This document shows, piece by piece, positions 48,864 to 57,534 of a DNA stretch of 64,000 bases. The DNA is taken from positions 7,094 to 71,093 of the IMG/VR virus record IMGVR_UViG_3300025018_000148. One strand, given 5' to 3'. Numbering within the stretch: position 1 is the first letter of the stretch; every line of letters begins with the position of its first letter. Both the position numbers and the translations under genes were made by a program. Under the pieces are notes generated by a model, which saw nothing but the letters and a program-made list of their open reading frames with translations, did not search any database and was not told the DNA's origin. The stretch comes from a virus. Lineage: Duplodnaviria > Caudoviricetes.

Positions 48864-49225
48864 GACTTGGGCTGTTGCTTCTCGATTCGCTGGATCTCCC
48901 GGTCAAGATACCTCCGGGCCTTCTTCAGATCTTCGAGAGGGTTTCCTTTTTCGTCGGCACGCCAAATATACTTGATGGCGTTTCCGAGGCAAAAGTTCAT
49001 GTGCTCGGTGATCTGAATACACTCCACTCCGGAAGGGTGCTTCCGATAGTGGGGAGGCAGGTTGACCAAGTCAACTTCCGGAAGTTGGTCCGGAGCTTCG
49101 GAGGCATCCCCCGAGACCATCCACGTCCACTTCCCATGCCCTTCGCAGGCGGGATCATTGCACTGCCCCATAACATTCGTGGGACCTTGGCACCGGGGAC
49201 AGAGATAGTCAGATGCGCTTCCCAT
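48860..49225 (-). CDS. DUF3310 (SaV-like) protein with N-terminal CxxC
   Basis: VNLPPHYRKHPSGVECIQI...FCLGNAIKYIWRA..K..EDLKKARRYL. Confidence 0.85.
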   Translation of the reverse strand: MGSASDYLCPRCQGPTNVMGQCNDPACEGHGKWTWMVSGDASEAPDQLPEVDLVNLPPHYRKHPSGVECIQITEHMNFCLGNAIKYIWRADEKGNPLEDLKKARRYLDREIQRIEKQQPKS

Positions 49226-50294
49226 GGAGAATACTCTTGAGGTTGTGGGCAACGATCTCCGGGGAGAGCGAGTTGAGGACGGAGCACTGAAGCTCCACGG
49301 CACACTTCTTTCCGGGAGGGAAAGGATTGCCTCCCACAGGAAGGTAGTTGCAGAACCGGCAGGGTCCCATGCCTTTCATGGCTTGGACCGTCTTCTGGTC
49401 CCCTTGGGTGAGCGAAGGATCGAAAGCTCCGGAGAGCACGAGAGCGGGGATGTCGAGGGCTCCGGCGACGTGCATGAAGAGGGAGTCGGGGACAAGCATC
49501 ACGTCACAGGTCTTGGCAACCGCGACCGACATTCGAACGGACAACCCCTTCTCGGAAAGATTGACCAGATTGTCCGCTTTCCCCCACGCAACATCAATGT
49601 CACCGGGAGCCCCGAACAGGTAAATCTCGTCGGCGACTTTGTTCCGGAGGAGATGCGCCATGACCTCCACCGTCCGTTTGCGATGATAGGTCCGGTTCTC
49701 CGCCGATGCCCGCACTTGCACCCCGACCCGGATCTTCCCCGACTCCTTGGGGAAGCTGTCCTCCGCCCACGCCATCTCGTCGGCGGTGAGCACGTAGAGA
49801 ACCTTGCGGTCGTCGAGACGGTCGAGTCCACAAGCCCGAGCGAACCGGGTCGCGTAGGTGTAACCGGCAAGCTCCTTGTCAGGATGCTCCAAGACCCCTT
49901 CGAGGAAGAAGTAGTGGTTGCCCGGCTGCTGGTAGTCCTCAAACTTTACGGGGTATCCAACCGTGTCCACAACCCCATTGAGGATGGGTGCATACCGGGG
50001 GTGGCACACCACCTTGACCGCAACCCCCGGATACCTGAGTCTCAAAGCTTTCACGGTGGGGGTGAGAAGGAGCAGGTCCCCGAAAGATCCGGGGCGGACG
50101 AGATATATTGTATCCCCGGAAAGGATGTTCGAAGGGAGAACTCCCGAAACGACTTTCCTCTGGAGGTTCTCCACCTCTCCCACCGCATTCTGGGTGAGGG
50201 CTTGCGCCAACGGCATGGGTCCGAGGATATACTCTCCGGAGTCCACTCCCAGCCGGGAGAACCACCATGCTTGATTGCAATTCACTTTATACAT
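49209..50294 (-). CDS. GT9-family (heptosyltransferase-like) glycosyltransferase
   Basis: GSFGDLLLLTPTVKALR, VPDSLFMHVAGALDIPALVL, PCRFC...C. Confidence 0.85.
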   Translation of the reverse strand: MYKVNCNQAWWFSRLGVDSGEYILGPMPLAQALTQNAVGEVENLQRKVVSGVLPSNILSGDTIYLVRPGSFGDLLLLTPTVKALRLRYPGVAVKVVCHPRYAPILNGVVDTVGYPVKFEDYQQPGNHYFFLEGVLEHPDKELAGYTYATRFARACGLDRLDDRKVLYVLTADEMAWAEDSFPKESGKIRVGVQVRASAENRTYHRKRTVEVMAHLLRNKVADEIYLFGAPGDIDVAWGKADNLVNLSEKGLSVRMSVAVAKTCDVMLVPDSLFMHVAGALDIPALVLSGAFDPSLTQGDQKTVQAMKGMGPCRFCNYLPVGGNPFPPGKKCAVELQCSVLNSLSPEIVAHNLKSILHGKRI

Positions 50295-50320
50295 ACTTCA
50301 GATACTTGGGGTTAAACTCG

Positions 50321-51160
50321 TCAGCTTCCGACAACATTTCCGTCCTCCGTCCAACGGAACTCGCCGACAGGGAGGGGCTTCCCACACTGACAGCAATAAG
50401 TGAGCCCGTAGAATGACGGATCACTTGCATAGGTCTCGGCGATCACCGGAGCAATGTTCGTTGTCGCCCCGCAGGTCGTGTGAACGTAGGAGCGACGAAG
50501 GGGGCGAACAAACCCCCGCTTCGCCAGTTCTTCCTTCGAGAGGACGAGAAACTTCACGCTCTGCCCGTCTGCCCTGCGCTCATGGAGTCGGGGATCGTCG
50601 GGGTCGGTAGTGAACGGGGGTTCGACCGGGGGCTTCTCCCACGTCATCCCACCATAAGGAGGGTCGAGTTTCGTGGGGGCGAACTTGTTGAGCCATTTTC
50701 GCGCTCCCCGAAAGGCCGCAGTGGTCTCGACTCCGGTCGTCCCGATCATGGAGATAAGCTCCGCAGCTTCCGCCACGGCTCTTTCCAAGGTGTGCCCGGT
50801 ATTGCACTGGACCTGCGTGCTGCGGTCGTCGTAGCACGTCTTCATGAGTCCGTCCTTCTCGTGGGTGACCTCGAACCGCTGCCCGAAGAGATGCTCCTCA
50901 CACCAGTCTTGGATGCACTCAACAATCTGAGCCTTGGAAACCCCTTGATTCCACTCCAGACACTCGGGGGAAACCCGAGCCGTGAAGATCTTGATGTCGT
51001 GGGTGTTCTCGCGCAAGATACGATGCACATCGCGGACCATCTCGACAACCGGGTCCCCGATGTGAAGAGGGTGCTTCCACCCATCATAATGCGCCAAAGT
51101 TCCGTCGAGATCGAAACCGATCCAACCCCTCTTCTTGATTCCGTGCGTATCAGTGCCCAT
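50321..51160 (-). CDS. HAD-superfamily phosphatase-like domain fused to a C-terminal Zn-binding domain
   Basis: IGFDLDGTLA motif I, IFTAR, YDD; C-terminal HTTCG...YCCQC. Confidence 0.75.
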   Translation of the reverse strand: MGTDTHGIKKRGWIGFDLDGTLAHYDGWKHPLHIGDPVVEMVRDVHRILRENTHDIKIFTARVSPECLEWNQGVSKAQIVECIQDWCEEHLFGQRFEVTHEKDGLMKTCYDDRSTQVQCNTGHTLERAVAEAAELISMIGTTGVETTAAFRGARKWLNKFAPTKLDPPYGGMTWEKPPVEPPFTTDPDDPRLHERRADGQSVKFLVLSKEELAKRGFVRPLRRSYVHTTCGATTNIAPVIAETYASDPSFYGLTYCCQCGKPLPVGEFRWTEDGNVVGS

Positions 51161-51401
51161 GCTTCTTTGCTCCTCGTAAAATTTGCTTCACTTCGGGGTC
51201 AGACATGACCCGGAGATGGATGCCATCTTCAAGTTCCTGCACGACCATGTTCTGCCCCTCATGACTGGCTGTCGCGGCGAAGACATCCTCGGCAGAGAGG
51301 ACGATGTGCTTCAACCCCTGCTTGTGCATGAGGATCATCAAAAGCTTGTGCCACTGCCCTGAAAAGGCTTCGGCGACTGCGGGGTCAGGATTTATACTCA
51401 T
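51150..51401 (-). CDS. Hypothetical protein
   Basis: 83 aa from ATG 51401, overlapping both neighbours. Confidence 0.6.
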   Translation of the reverse strand: MSINPDPAVAEAFSGQWHKLLMILMHKQGLKHIVLSAEDVFAATASHEGQNMVVQELEDGIHLRVMSDPEVKQILRGAKKHGH

Positions 51402-51618
51402 ATTGTGGGAGGTGTTGGCTGAGAGCGATCCAAGGAGACTCCCCGAGGACCTTTGTGTGAATGTCATGAGAGATGTTGTGAGCCTCGGCAATCAGGATCT
51501 CGTCAATGGTCCAACGACGGGAGGCTTGCGCCACCACCGGGGAAGATTCGAGAATGGGACGGACCCCCGCCACAAAAGCGAGAGCCATCCCGAGGAAAGC
51601 TCTTCGAGAGGACCTCAT
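51385..51618 (-). CDS. Tat-signal peptide carrying an MCP N-terminus-derived segment
   Basis: MRSSRRAFLGMALAFVAGV...VAQA; TIDEILIAEAHNISHDIHTKVLGESPWIAL is 12/30 identical, ungapped, to MCP 2-31; ATGA-coupled. Confidence 0.75.
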   Translation of the reverse strand: MRSSRRAFLGMALAFVAGVRPILESSPVVAQASRRWTIDEILIAEAHNISHDIHTKVLGESPWIALSQHLPQYEYKS

Positions 51619-52073
51619 TTCGGCCAACCCTCCCTTCGGGGAGCGAACCAACGGACGGCTCGATGCGCCGACCTCGCTCGCCACAGAGGGACCCCCTCCC
51701 GCAACATGAGGTTGAGGAAGATGTCATCCGCCTCCTTCCGGGTGAAAGGACGCTGGAAAGTCACACCCTCTTCGGTCTCCCCATAATGGAAGGAGCCTTT
51801 GCCGGTGGTCTGGTAAAGATAGTCGTGGATCAGGGGTGCGATCAAAGACAGTTCAAACGACCCTATCAAAGGCCAAAGAATCCGGGGGACAGAAGCCAGA
51901 TCGAATTCGAAATCCTTCGGGATCTCGAAGTGGACCATCTCGTCCTCGAAGTCCAGCTTCACCCGGTATTCCTCGACCAAAAGCCACACACCCCGGTGGG
52001 CAATATAGGTCACCCACACCGGGGGAAGAACGGACTTCTCGGGTCCGTGACGGGTTACGAGCAGGGAAGCCAT
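51615..52073 (-). CDS. DUF1353 family protein
   Basis: IPKDFEFDLASVPRILW...APLIHDYLY...RKEADDIF. Confidence 0.85.
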   Translation of the reverse strand: MASLLVTRHGPEKSVLPPVWVTYIAHRGVWLLVEEYRVKLDFEDEMVHFEIPKDFEFDLASVPRILWPLIGSFELSLIAPLIHDYLYQTTGKGSFHYGETEEGVTFQRPFTRKEADDIFLNLMLREGVPLWRARSAHRAVRWFAPRREGWPK

Positions 52074-52079
52074 GGCAGA

Positions 52080-52856
52080 TCAGAGTTGTTTCTCGAAGAG
52101 GTATGGGCTGACACAATCGAGTTCCCCGTTCACAAAATGCCCGATGTAGCCGTAAACGGTCTTGTAAACCCCCGAGAGAAAATCTGCCGGGAGGTTGAAA
52201 CGCTCCGGAGCGGGGTTCTCCCCGGAGTGGCAGGTGTCGAAGAGAACCTTCAGAATGACCCCCCAGAGTTGCTCGGAGGACTCTTTCTTGCCGTCAGATT
52301 GGAACACGGCGATGATCTCATCCTTACCGACTCCCTTCGAGAGGGCGAAGATGACCCGGTCCTCCTTGTGCAAGGCTCCGGCAGGAACATCAAGAGCCGC
52401 CCCGGTGGGCTCGGGAGCGGTCGTCGAGGTCGCCGTGGGACTGAGATGCTCGCGAAGCTTCATGATCTCCTCTCTGAGGGAGATGTTCTCCTGCTCCAGA
52501 TGAACTTTGTCCTTGAGCAGCATCTCAACGTCCTGCTTCAACTCGCTGGCAGTGTCCACGAGCCCGGTGACCAGACCTCCCGGATTCTCCTCGGTGAAGG
52601 GGACCCCAAGAATGTTGGCAATGATGTCCCGGTAATCGTAGTGCGCCGCTTCGATGGACTGCCGAAAATAGAGCGAGTAGTCGAAGGGGTCATTGCGGAC
52701 GACGAGACGACCCTCCTCGGTCCAGAATTCCTCGACACGGCGAACCGGGTCGTGTTTGCCGCGACCCTCTCCGACCGTGGTGAGGTTGGTGAAGATGAGC
52801 GTGACGGCTTCCGCCCGGTTATGCGGGCCTGCTTGATCGGTGACGTTGCGTTCCAT
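52080..52856 (-). CDS. Hypothetical protein with a central coiled coil
   Basis: 258-aa ORF with normal codon usage. Confidence 0.65.
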   Translation of the reverse strand: MERNVTDQAGPHNRAEAVTLIFTNLTTVGEGRGKHDPVRRVEEFWTEEGRLVVRNDPFDYSLYFRQSIEAAHYDYRDIIANILGVPFTEENPGGLVTGLVDTASELKQDVEMLLKDKVHLEQENISLREEIMKLREHLSPTATSTTAPEPTGAALDVPAGALHKEDRVIFALSKGVGKDEIIAVFQSDGKKESSEQLWGVILKVLFDTCHSGENPAPERFNLPADFLSGVYKTVYGYIGHFVNGELDCVSPYLFEKQL

Positions 52857-52869
52857 GGGATACTTGGGG

Positions 52870-53406
52870 TTATCTGAGCCGCCCGGTTACTGCGGCGTGA
52901 AAAATCAACAGAGCGTCGGCATTCGCAAGCGTGACCTGCTCGGAGGGGAATCGCTCCTGAGCCTTCTCCTTGAGGTGGTTCTTCCACGCACGCTCGCCGA
53001 TCAAAGACTTCTGCCCGGTGACGATCATCGCGGCAGTCATCCACTTGAGCGGAGCCACTTCGCGAACCTCGAAGCCCTCGAAAACGAAAGCGCACTCCAG
53101 ATGCCCCGTGACACGACCGAAAGAGAACATCGACTTGGCGGAAACCGCACCCTCCTCTTCTTCCTCCTCCCCCTTGCGCTTGGTGGAGGTCTTCATGCCC
53201 GCCATGTATCCCGTGTTGCGCTCCAAGAATGCGAGCCTCTTCGGATAGGCATAGGGAGGGAACTCCTCGTGAACGTGTAAGAAAAGCCGTTTCAATCCCT
53301 CAAGCTTCTCGGGATACTTGGTCCAATGATACCTTTCCTTCGAGGTCCCCCACACGAGAGCCCCCGCCTTGCCGGGATCAGCAGCAATGACCAACCGCTC
53401 AGGCAT
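52870..53406 (-). CDS. ruvC: RuvC-like Holliday junction resolvase
   Basis: IAADPGKAG, FLE, SMFSFG, VAPLKW, ADALLI. Confidence 0.8.
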   Translation of the reverse strand: MPERLVIAADPGKAGALVWGTSKERYHWTKYPEKLEGLKRLFLHVHEEFPPYAYPKRLAFLERNTGYMAGMKTSTKRKGEEEEEEGAVSAKSMFSFGRVTGHLECAFVFEGFEVREVAPLKWMTAAMIVTGQKSLIGERAWKNHLKEKAQERFPSEQVTLANADALLIFHAAVTGRLR

Positions 53407-53608
53407 TCTTCAGTTCCTCCCTTGCGGTTGCTAGTTCTTCCTCGGTGATCCGGACCTTGGCTCCACGCTCCGTGGCGAGCCTCGTGATCGTTGCCCCCAC
53501 GGAGCCCAATCCCAGCCGATTCTTCAGGGCAACCAATGTTGCCTTGGTGAGTTCGGGGAGGTAGGCGTTCAGGCGAGTCGGGTTCTCAATCTCCGGTTTT
53601 CGGGACAT
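53399..53608 (-). CDS. Small ribbon-helix-helix-like DNA-binding protein
   Basis: RLNAYLPELTKATLVALKNRLGLGSVGATITRL; start refined to ATG 53608. Confidence 0.55.
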   Translation of the reverse strand: MSRKPEIENPTRLNAYLPELTKATLVALKNRLGLGSVGATITRLATERGAKVRITEEELATAREELKNA

Positions 53609-53615
53609 GGGAGGA

Positions 53616-53644
53616 TTTCTACACCGAAAACCGATTTTCGGCAA
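53616..53644 (-). promoter_or_regulatory. Candidate promoter with a palindromic operator in the spacer; leaderless mRNA
   Basis: TTGCCG-N17-TAGAAA-N7-ATG; ccgaaaa-ccga-ttttcgg palindrome at 53624-53641. Confidence 0.55.
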
Positions 53645-53647
53645 GCA

Positions 53648-53687
53648 CAAAAACAAAACCCCGCCCCAGCGACAGGCTGGGGCGGGG
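53648..53687 (-). terminator. Intrinsic terminator downstream of the integrase
   Basis: ccccgccccagc/gctggggcgggg 12-bp stem then TTTTGTTTTT on the minus strand. Confidence 0.75.
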
Positions 53688-53743
53688 CGAAGCAAGTGCC
53701 GGAAAACCGCTCGTAAACCGGGCACCAACAGAACCACCGAAAG

Positions 53744-54871
53744 CTACCGATGACCGGGGAGAATGTCAAGCCAAGCTTTCGCCTGCTCGGTCGTGACCAG
53801 AGCTTTATACTCCGACTCCAACACCTCCTCGGAATGCCCGGTCTCCTTCGACACCGTGGTTCGATCATATAGTTGAGTCATCGAAGAGACGAATCCCTTC
53901 CGGAGCCCGTTATCCACCCACACCACCCCCGCGAGTTTTGCGCAGGCGCGAAGACGCCGGTTGGGGTTCGTGTTGGTGACGAGCTTCTCCGCAAAGTTCC
54001 TGCGGTAGCCGGGGGACTTGTCCCAGATCCATTGCAACCAAGAATGTAGGGTGTCGGAAACGGTGACCGCACGACGTTGGTCCGTCTTCGTGATCTCGGA
54101 CGAGAGCGGGATCTGGGGTTGCCCGTCGAGGACGGCGATGATGTGCGACATCCGCAACTGCCGGATCTCCGACTGCCGCATTCCGGCGAAGGCCCCGAGC
54201 ACGAGCAGATATAGGACATCGATGTCGCGAGTCTTGGCAGCGGCTCCCAAGAGGGCTCCCAAAACCTCGGGGGTGAAAGGCACAGGATCTTTAGGAGGCA
54301 CCCGAGAAGGCCGGACATCCCGGACGGGGTTGTCCCCCTTCACCCGGAACCCGTGACCGCAAGCCCAATCAAAGAACCCCACAAGGATGGTCCTCTTATT
54401 GTTGCGGGTCTTGGAATTCTTGTAGAGCCGGAGGAACAACTGGATGTCGTTCAAAGCAACCCCCGCCACCGTGTTGTCGGCGAAATCAGCGAACTGCTCC
54501 AACAGACTGCGCTTCCCGCGAACCGTGGACTCGGGCAAACCCCGCTCACGCTCGGTCGAACAGAACCCCGAAATGGCGTCCTCCCACCGGACAGGCTTCA
54601 CGCCGCGAACCTCGCTCACATACCTTTGCACGGCTGCGAGCACCCCCAAACCTTCTGAAACCTCCCCCAAGAGGAGCCTTGCCGCGTGGTATTCCTCGAC
54701 CTCCTGCGGCGTGAGGGGTCGCTGAACATTCTTCAGATACACGAGAATGCTGTCCTTCTGCTTCTGGACTTCCGAGTCCTTCACGATCCGGCGTATGGTC
54801 TCCCCCGCCACAGAGTAGCGGAGTTCCTTGAAGCCGGGTTTGTTGTCGTAGATCTTGACGGGGCTGCTCAT
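53744..54871 (-). CDS. int: Tyrosine recombinase (phage integrase)
   Basis: FAGMRQSEI (R), ITKT (K), NGLR (HxxR variant), TGHS, EYKAL (Y nucleophile). Confidence 0.9.
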   Translation of the reverse strand: MSSPVKIYDNKPGFKELRYSVAGETIRRIVKDSEVQKQKDSILVYLKNVQRPLTPQEVEEYHAARLLLGEVSEGLGVLAAVQRYVSEVRGVKPVRWEDAISGFCSTERERGLPESTVRGKRSLLEQFADFADNTVAGVALNDIQLFLRLYKNSKTRNNKRTILVGFFDWACGHGFRVKGDNPVRDVRPSRVPPKDPVPFTPEVLGALLGAAAKTRDIDVLYLLVLGAFAGMRQSEIRQLRMSHIIAVLDGQPQIPLSSEITKTDQRRAVTVSDTLHSWLQWIWDKSPGYRRNFAEKLVTNTNPNRRLRACAKLAGVVWVDNGLRKGFVSSMTQLYDRTTVSKETGHSEEVLESEYKALVTTEQAKAWLDILPGHR

Positions 54872-54878
54872 GAGCTAG

Positions 54879-54906
54879 AGACTAGCATAGTTGAGGGCTT
54901 GTGCAA
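54879..54906 (-). promoter_or_regulatory. Candidate integrase promoter (leaderless)
   Basis: TTGCAC-N16-TAGTCT with extended TGn, 7 nt before ATG. Confidence 0.55.
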
Positions 54907-54909
54907 GAG

Positions 54910-54945
54910 AAAAAAAACGCCCTCCTGAGAAATCAGGAGGGCGTT
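54910..54945 (-). terminator. Intrinsic terminator after the repressor-like gene
   Basis: aacgccctcctga-gaaa-tcaggagggcgtt with a flanking A/T tract. Confidence 0.8.
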
Positions 54946-54977
54946 CCGCCGTGGTTGTTGCGAGGTGGCGTGACAAA

Positions 54978-55556
54978 TCAATCAAAGGACATCTTCGTGC
55001 CATTGCCGGTCGAGGAATCCGGGGCAGGCGTCTCCTTGGAAGCCTCCTGCTTCACGGGGGCAGCTTTCTTGGCGGGAGCCGCCTTGGATGACTCCTTCTT
55101 CACCGGAACAGCTTTCTTGGCCGGAGCAGCTTTCTTCACCGGAGCCTTGGGAGTCTCCTTCTTCGCAAGGGCGGCTTTCTTGGCCGGAGCCTGCTTCTTG
55201 GCGAGCTTCGCATCAACCGGCTTCATGAGAGCCTCGGACACCTTGTCGGTGCCATCAAAGAGCGCGTCGAGGAAAGCCCGCCCCTTGGCAGTGACCTCGA
55301 AGACGATGGTGCGATCCTCGCCTTTCTTGGCCTTGATAAGACCGAGGTCCTTGAGCTTCGTGGTCACCCCGGCGACCGAGGCGTCGTGAAACCCGAGATC
55401 CCGGCACAACTGCCCGAGATACGCGGGGTTCCCCGCAAGGTTGCGCTCGTAGATCGCGATAAAGATCTGAGCGGTGGTGAGTCCGACCGGACCCGAGGTC
55501 CTCGTGAGGAAGTCACGAAGGGCGGAAAGGAGTTGCTTCACAGGGGCAAGTTTCAT
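54978..55556 (-). CDS. MarR-like winged-HTH regulator (repressor candidate) with histone-H1-like tail
   Basis: LTTAQIFIAI...LGQLCRDLG..ASVAGVTTKLKDLGLI...DRTIVFEVTAKGR; PAKK-rich C-terminus. Confidence 0.75.
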   Translation of the reverse strand: MKLAPVKQLLSALRDFLTRTSGPVGLTTAQIFIAIYERNLAGNPAYLGQLCRDLGFHDASVAGVTTKLKDLGLIKAKKGEDRTIVFEVTAKGRAFLDALFDGTDKVSEALMKPVDAKLAKKQAPAKKAALAKKETPKAPVKKAAPAKKAVPVKKESSKAAPAKKAAPVKQEASKETPAPDSSTGNGTKMSFD

Positions 55557-55632
55557 TGGATTGGATTAGTGGTTTAACAATATTTGGTCTAACGGAACCC
55601 CAAATTACCTTACCCCCAGTATACATCAACAG

Positions 55633-55666
55633 AAAAAAAATCCCGGCAGTCGCCTGCCGGGATTTT
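55633..55666. terminator. Probable bidirectional terminator
   Basis: aaaatcccggcag-tcgc-ctgccgggatttt with A and T tracts. Confidence 0.75.
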
Positions 55667-55694
55667 CAAAAGAGAGCTTGCGGGTCCGGGAGGG

Positions 55695-56111
55695 TCACTC
55701 CCGGTGACCGGAGCCGCTCTGGTGCCGTTGTCGGAGATGAAGGAGCATCCGAATACCGGGCTCGTTCACGGCGAGGTCGGCGCAGTCATGGGCAGGTCGG
55801 TAGCGAGACACGTTGACCGGCGTTCGGAGCAGACGCTCGACCCGAAGACGATAGAGGGCATCCGAAGATTCCTTGGCACGAAGGTCCGCGATACTCTGAA
55901 ACACCGGGGTCGTCTCACTGACGACGTAGACCGTGGCATCGGTCTCGGTCTTCAGGGAGAACAGTCCCACGGCAGGCGAAAGCGTCGGAGCTTTCAGGAC
56001 CAGTTCGGCAGAGGTGTCACGGTCCCCCGAGAAGGAGACCACCGGCAGGGCGAAGAGCCCGACCAACGCGAGAGTCGCGAAGGCGAGCAGGGATGTGGAT
56101 TTGGATTTCAT
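55695..56111 (-). CDS. Signal-peptide/membrane-anchored hypothetical protein
   Basis: MKSKSTSLLAFATLALVGLFALPVVSFS N-terminus; terminator downstream. Confidence 0.55.
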   Translation of the reverse strand: MKSKSTSLLAFATLALVGLFALPVVSFSGDRDTSAELVLKAPTLSPAVGLFSLKTETDATVYVVSETTPVFQSIADLRAKESSDALYRLRVERLLRTPVNVSRYRPAHDCADLAVNEPGIRMLLHLRQRHQSGSGHRE

Positions 56112-56206
56112 AGGTGTGTGCTCGAAGAGCACCCTAAAGTATCCGAAGCCCCATTTCTGGCAAGGAGAAAATGTGGGATTCCTTCGGATGTATCGGATCG
56201 AGCAAT

Positions 56207-56468
56207 GGAGATTCCGAGGGACAGGGAGATGCCGGGATCTCATCTCCGCGCCTCCCGCCCTTACCGTTCAAGGGATTCCGCCTCGAACAGGGAGATTGGG
56301 GAGATGTTTTGGTAAAGATCAGTCAGCATACAGTAATTTCGTGGAAAGAAGTGAAATTACTGTATGCTACCCTCTTAATTCTATTTTTATCTCCCTATCT
56401 CCATCATCTCCTCAACTCATTAAACATCACTAAGTTACAAATGAGGAGATGAATAGGGAGATGGAGAT
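56207..56468. repeat. Intergenic iteron/inverted-repeat locus (origin or att candidate)
   Basis: 11 GGAGAT/ATCTCC hexamers; perfect 16-bp IR 56325-56340/56353-56368; imperfect IR 56389-56414/56442-56468; AT-rich core. Confidence 0.7.
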
Positions 56469-56512
56469 GGGTCTTTTAGCTCCCCGGTCAAACCGACACA
56501 AACCCCTTTTCT

Positions 56513-57136
56513 TCAGGAGATCCGGGTTCTCACCTCCACGGAGAACTTCATTCCCCGGATCTCTTTGGTCACCGTCACCAGAGTGTGTGGGGCGGCTTCC
56601 TTCAGGCTTTTCGCCGACACGTTGCGGTATCCGTCCCGGTAGCCTTTCCTTGCGTATCCGTTCCTCGTATTCTCGGGGATGTTCTCCCGGCCTTTGAGGC
56701 ACACGAGCTTCTGGTCCAGAGCAAGATTGCCGACGACTTCATGGGGGATCACGAGGATGGTCCGCAAAGACGCGCTCATCTTTTCCCAGACTTCCCGGAC
56801 GGTCGAGGCTCCCTTCACGCGATGCAACGCCACCGCATACAATAGGGGGACCTCCGCTTCCCTGTCCTTCAGTCTCCTCCACTCATATAGTGGGAGCTTG
56901 CTGGTGTGGTAGAGACTCTTGATCTCGTAGTAGAACCCGTTTCCGAATGCGTCGAAGACAATGTCGTGAGTTCCCGTGTTTTTGATGGGGTTGACACCAA
57001 GGATTGCCGGGATCACCTCCTCGACTACCTTGCCGTATTCGTTTCGCGCCTGTCCGTTCGAGGTGATCTCCCGATCCGGGACTGTGAGAGGGAACAACTC
57101 CTCTTGGATTGCTCGGGGTGGTGGTGCGACGGTCAT
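56513..57136 (-). CDS. PD-(D/E)XK restriction-endonuclease-like nuclease
   Basis: YGKVVEEVI...FDAF...YYEIKS; start refined to ATG 57136. Confidence 0.6.
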   Translation of the reverse strand: MTVAPPPRAIQEELFPLTVPDREITSNGQARNEYGKVVEEVIPAILGVNPIKNTGTHDIVFDAFGNGFYYEIKSLYHTSKLPLYEWRRLKDREAEVPLLYAVALHRVKGASTVREVWEKMSASLRTILVIPHEVVGNLALDQKLVCLKGRENIPENTRNGYARKGYRDGYRNVSAKSLKEAAPHTLVTVTKEIRGMKFSVEVRTRIS

Positions 57137-57345
57137 GTGAAGAGATTGAATTCGGGGTCGTCCCAGTCGTGGAAATATCCGAGGTCGTGGTCGAGTCGGT
57201 TGATGGAGGAGGCAGCATAGTCGGAGGTGAAGGTGTCGTTCTTCTCCGGTAACCGGTTGCCCCGGTCTCTGACGGTCCTTAGAACCCCGAGAATGTTGCC
57301 AAGCTTTCTGCGGAGGTGTTCGACTTGCTTGGTCTTCCGTCGCAA
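57133..57345 (-). CDS. Hypothetical protein
   Basis: Coupled small ORF. Confidence 0.45.
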   Translation of the reverse strand: MRRKTKQVEHLRRKLGNILGVLRTVRDRGNRLPEKNDTFTSDYAASSINRLDHDLGYFHDWDDPEFNLFT

Positions 57346-57375
57346 GAAACTCTCCCACGCAAGTTCTTTGGTCTC

Positions 57376-57534
57376 TTAGGCGAAACGCCTCTTCCCTGAC
57401 AGGCTGACCCAGCGATCCTTCGCAAAGGGGGTCTTCACCCAAACTCCTTTGGGGGTGCTCCTGAGCACTGGGAAAGATTCGAGGTAGACTGAGTTTCCGC
57501 AGTCCCAATACCTGTAAAGTTTAGTGGGGGTCAT
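57376..57534 (-). CDS. Hypothetical protein
   Basis: MTPTKLYRY...TPKGVWV; ATGA-coupled. Confidence 0.5.
   Translation of the reverse strand: MTPTKLYRYWDCGNSVYLESFPVLRSTPKGVWVKTPFAKDRWVSLSGKRRFA

Noticed and set aside
56325-56368. Protelomerase (telRL) site of a linear plasmid prophage
   Set aside because: The arms are separated by a 12-bp non-palindromic spacer, and the recombinase looks like an ordinary integrase rather than a protelomerase
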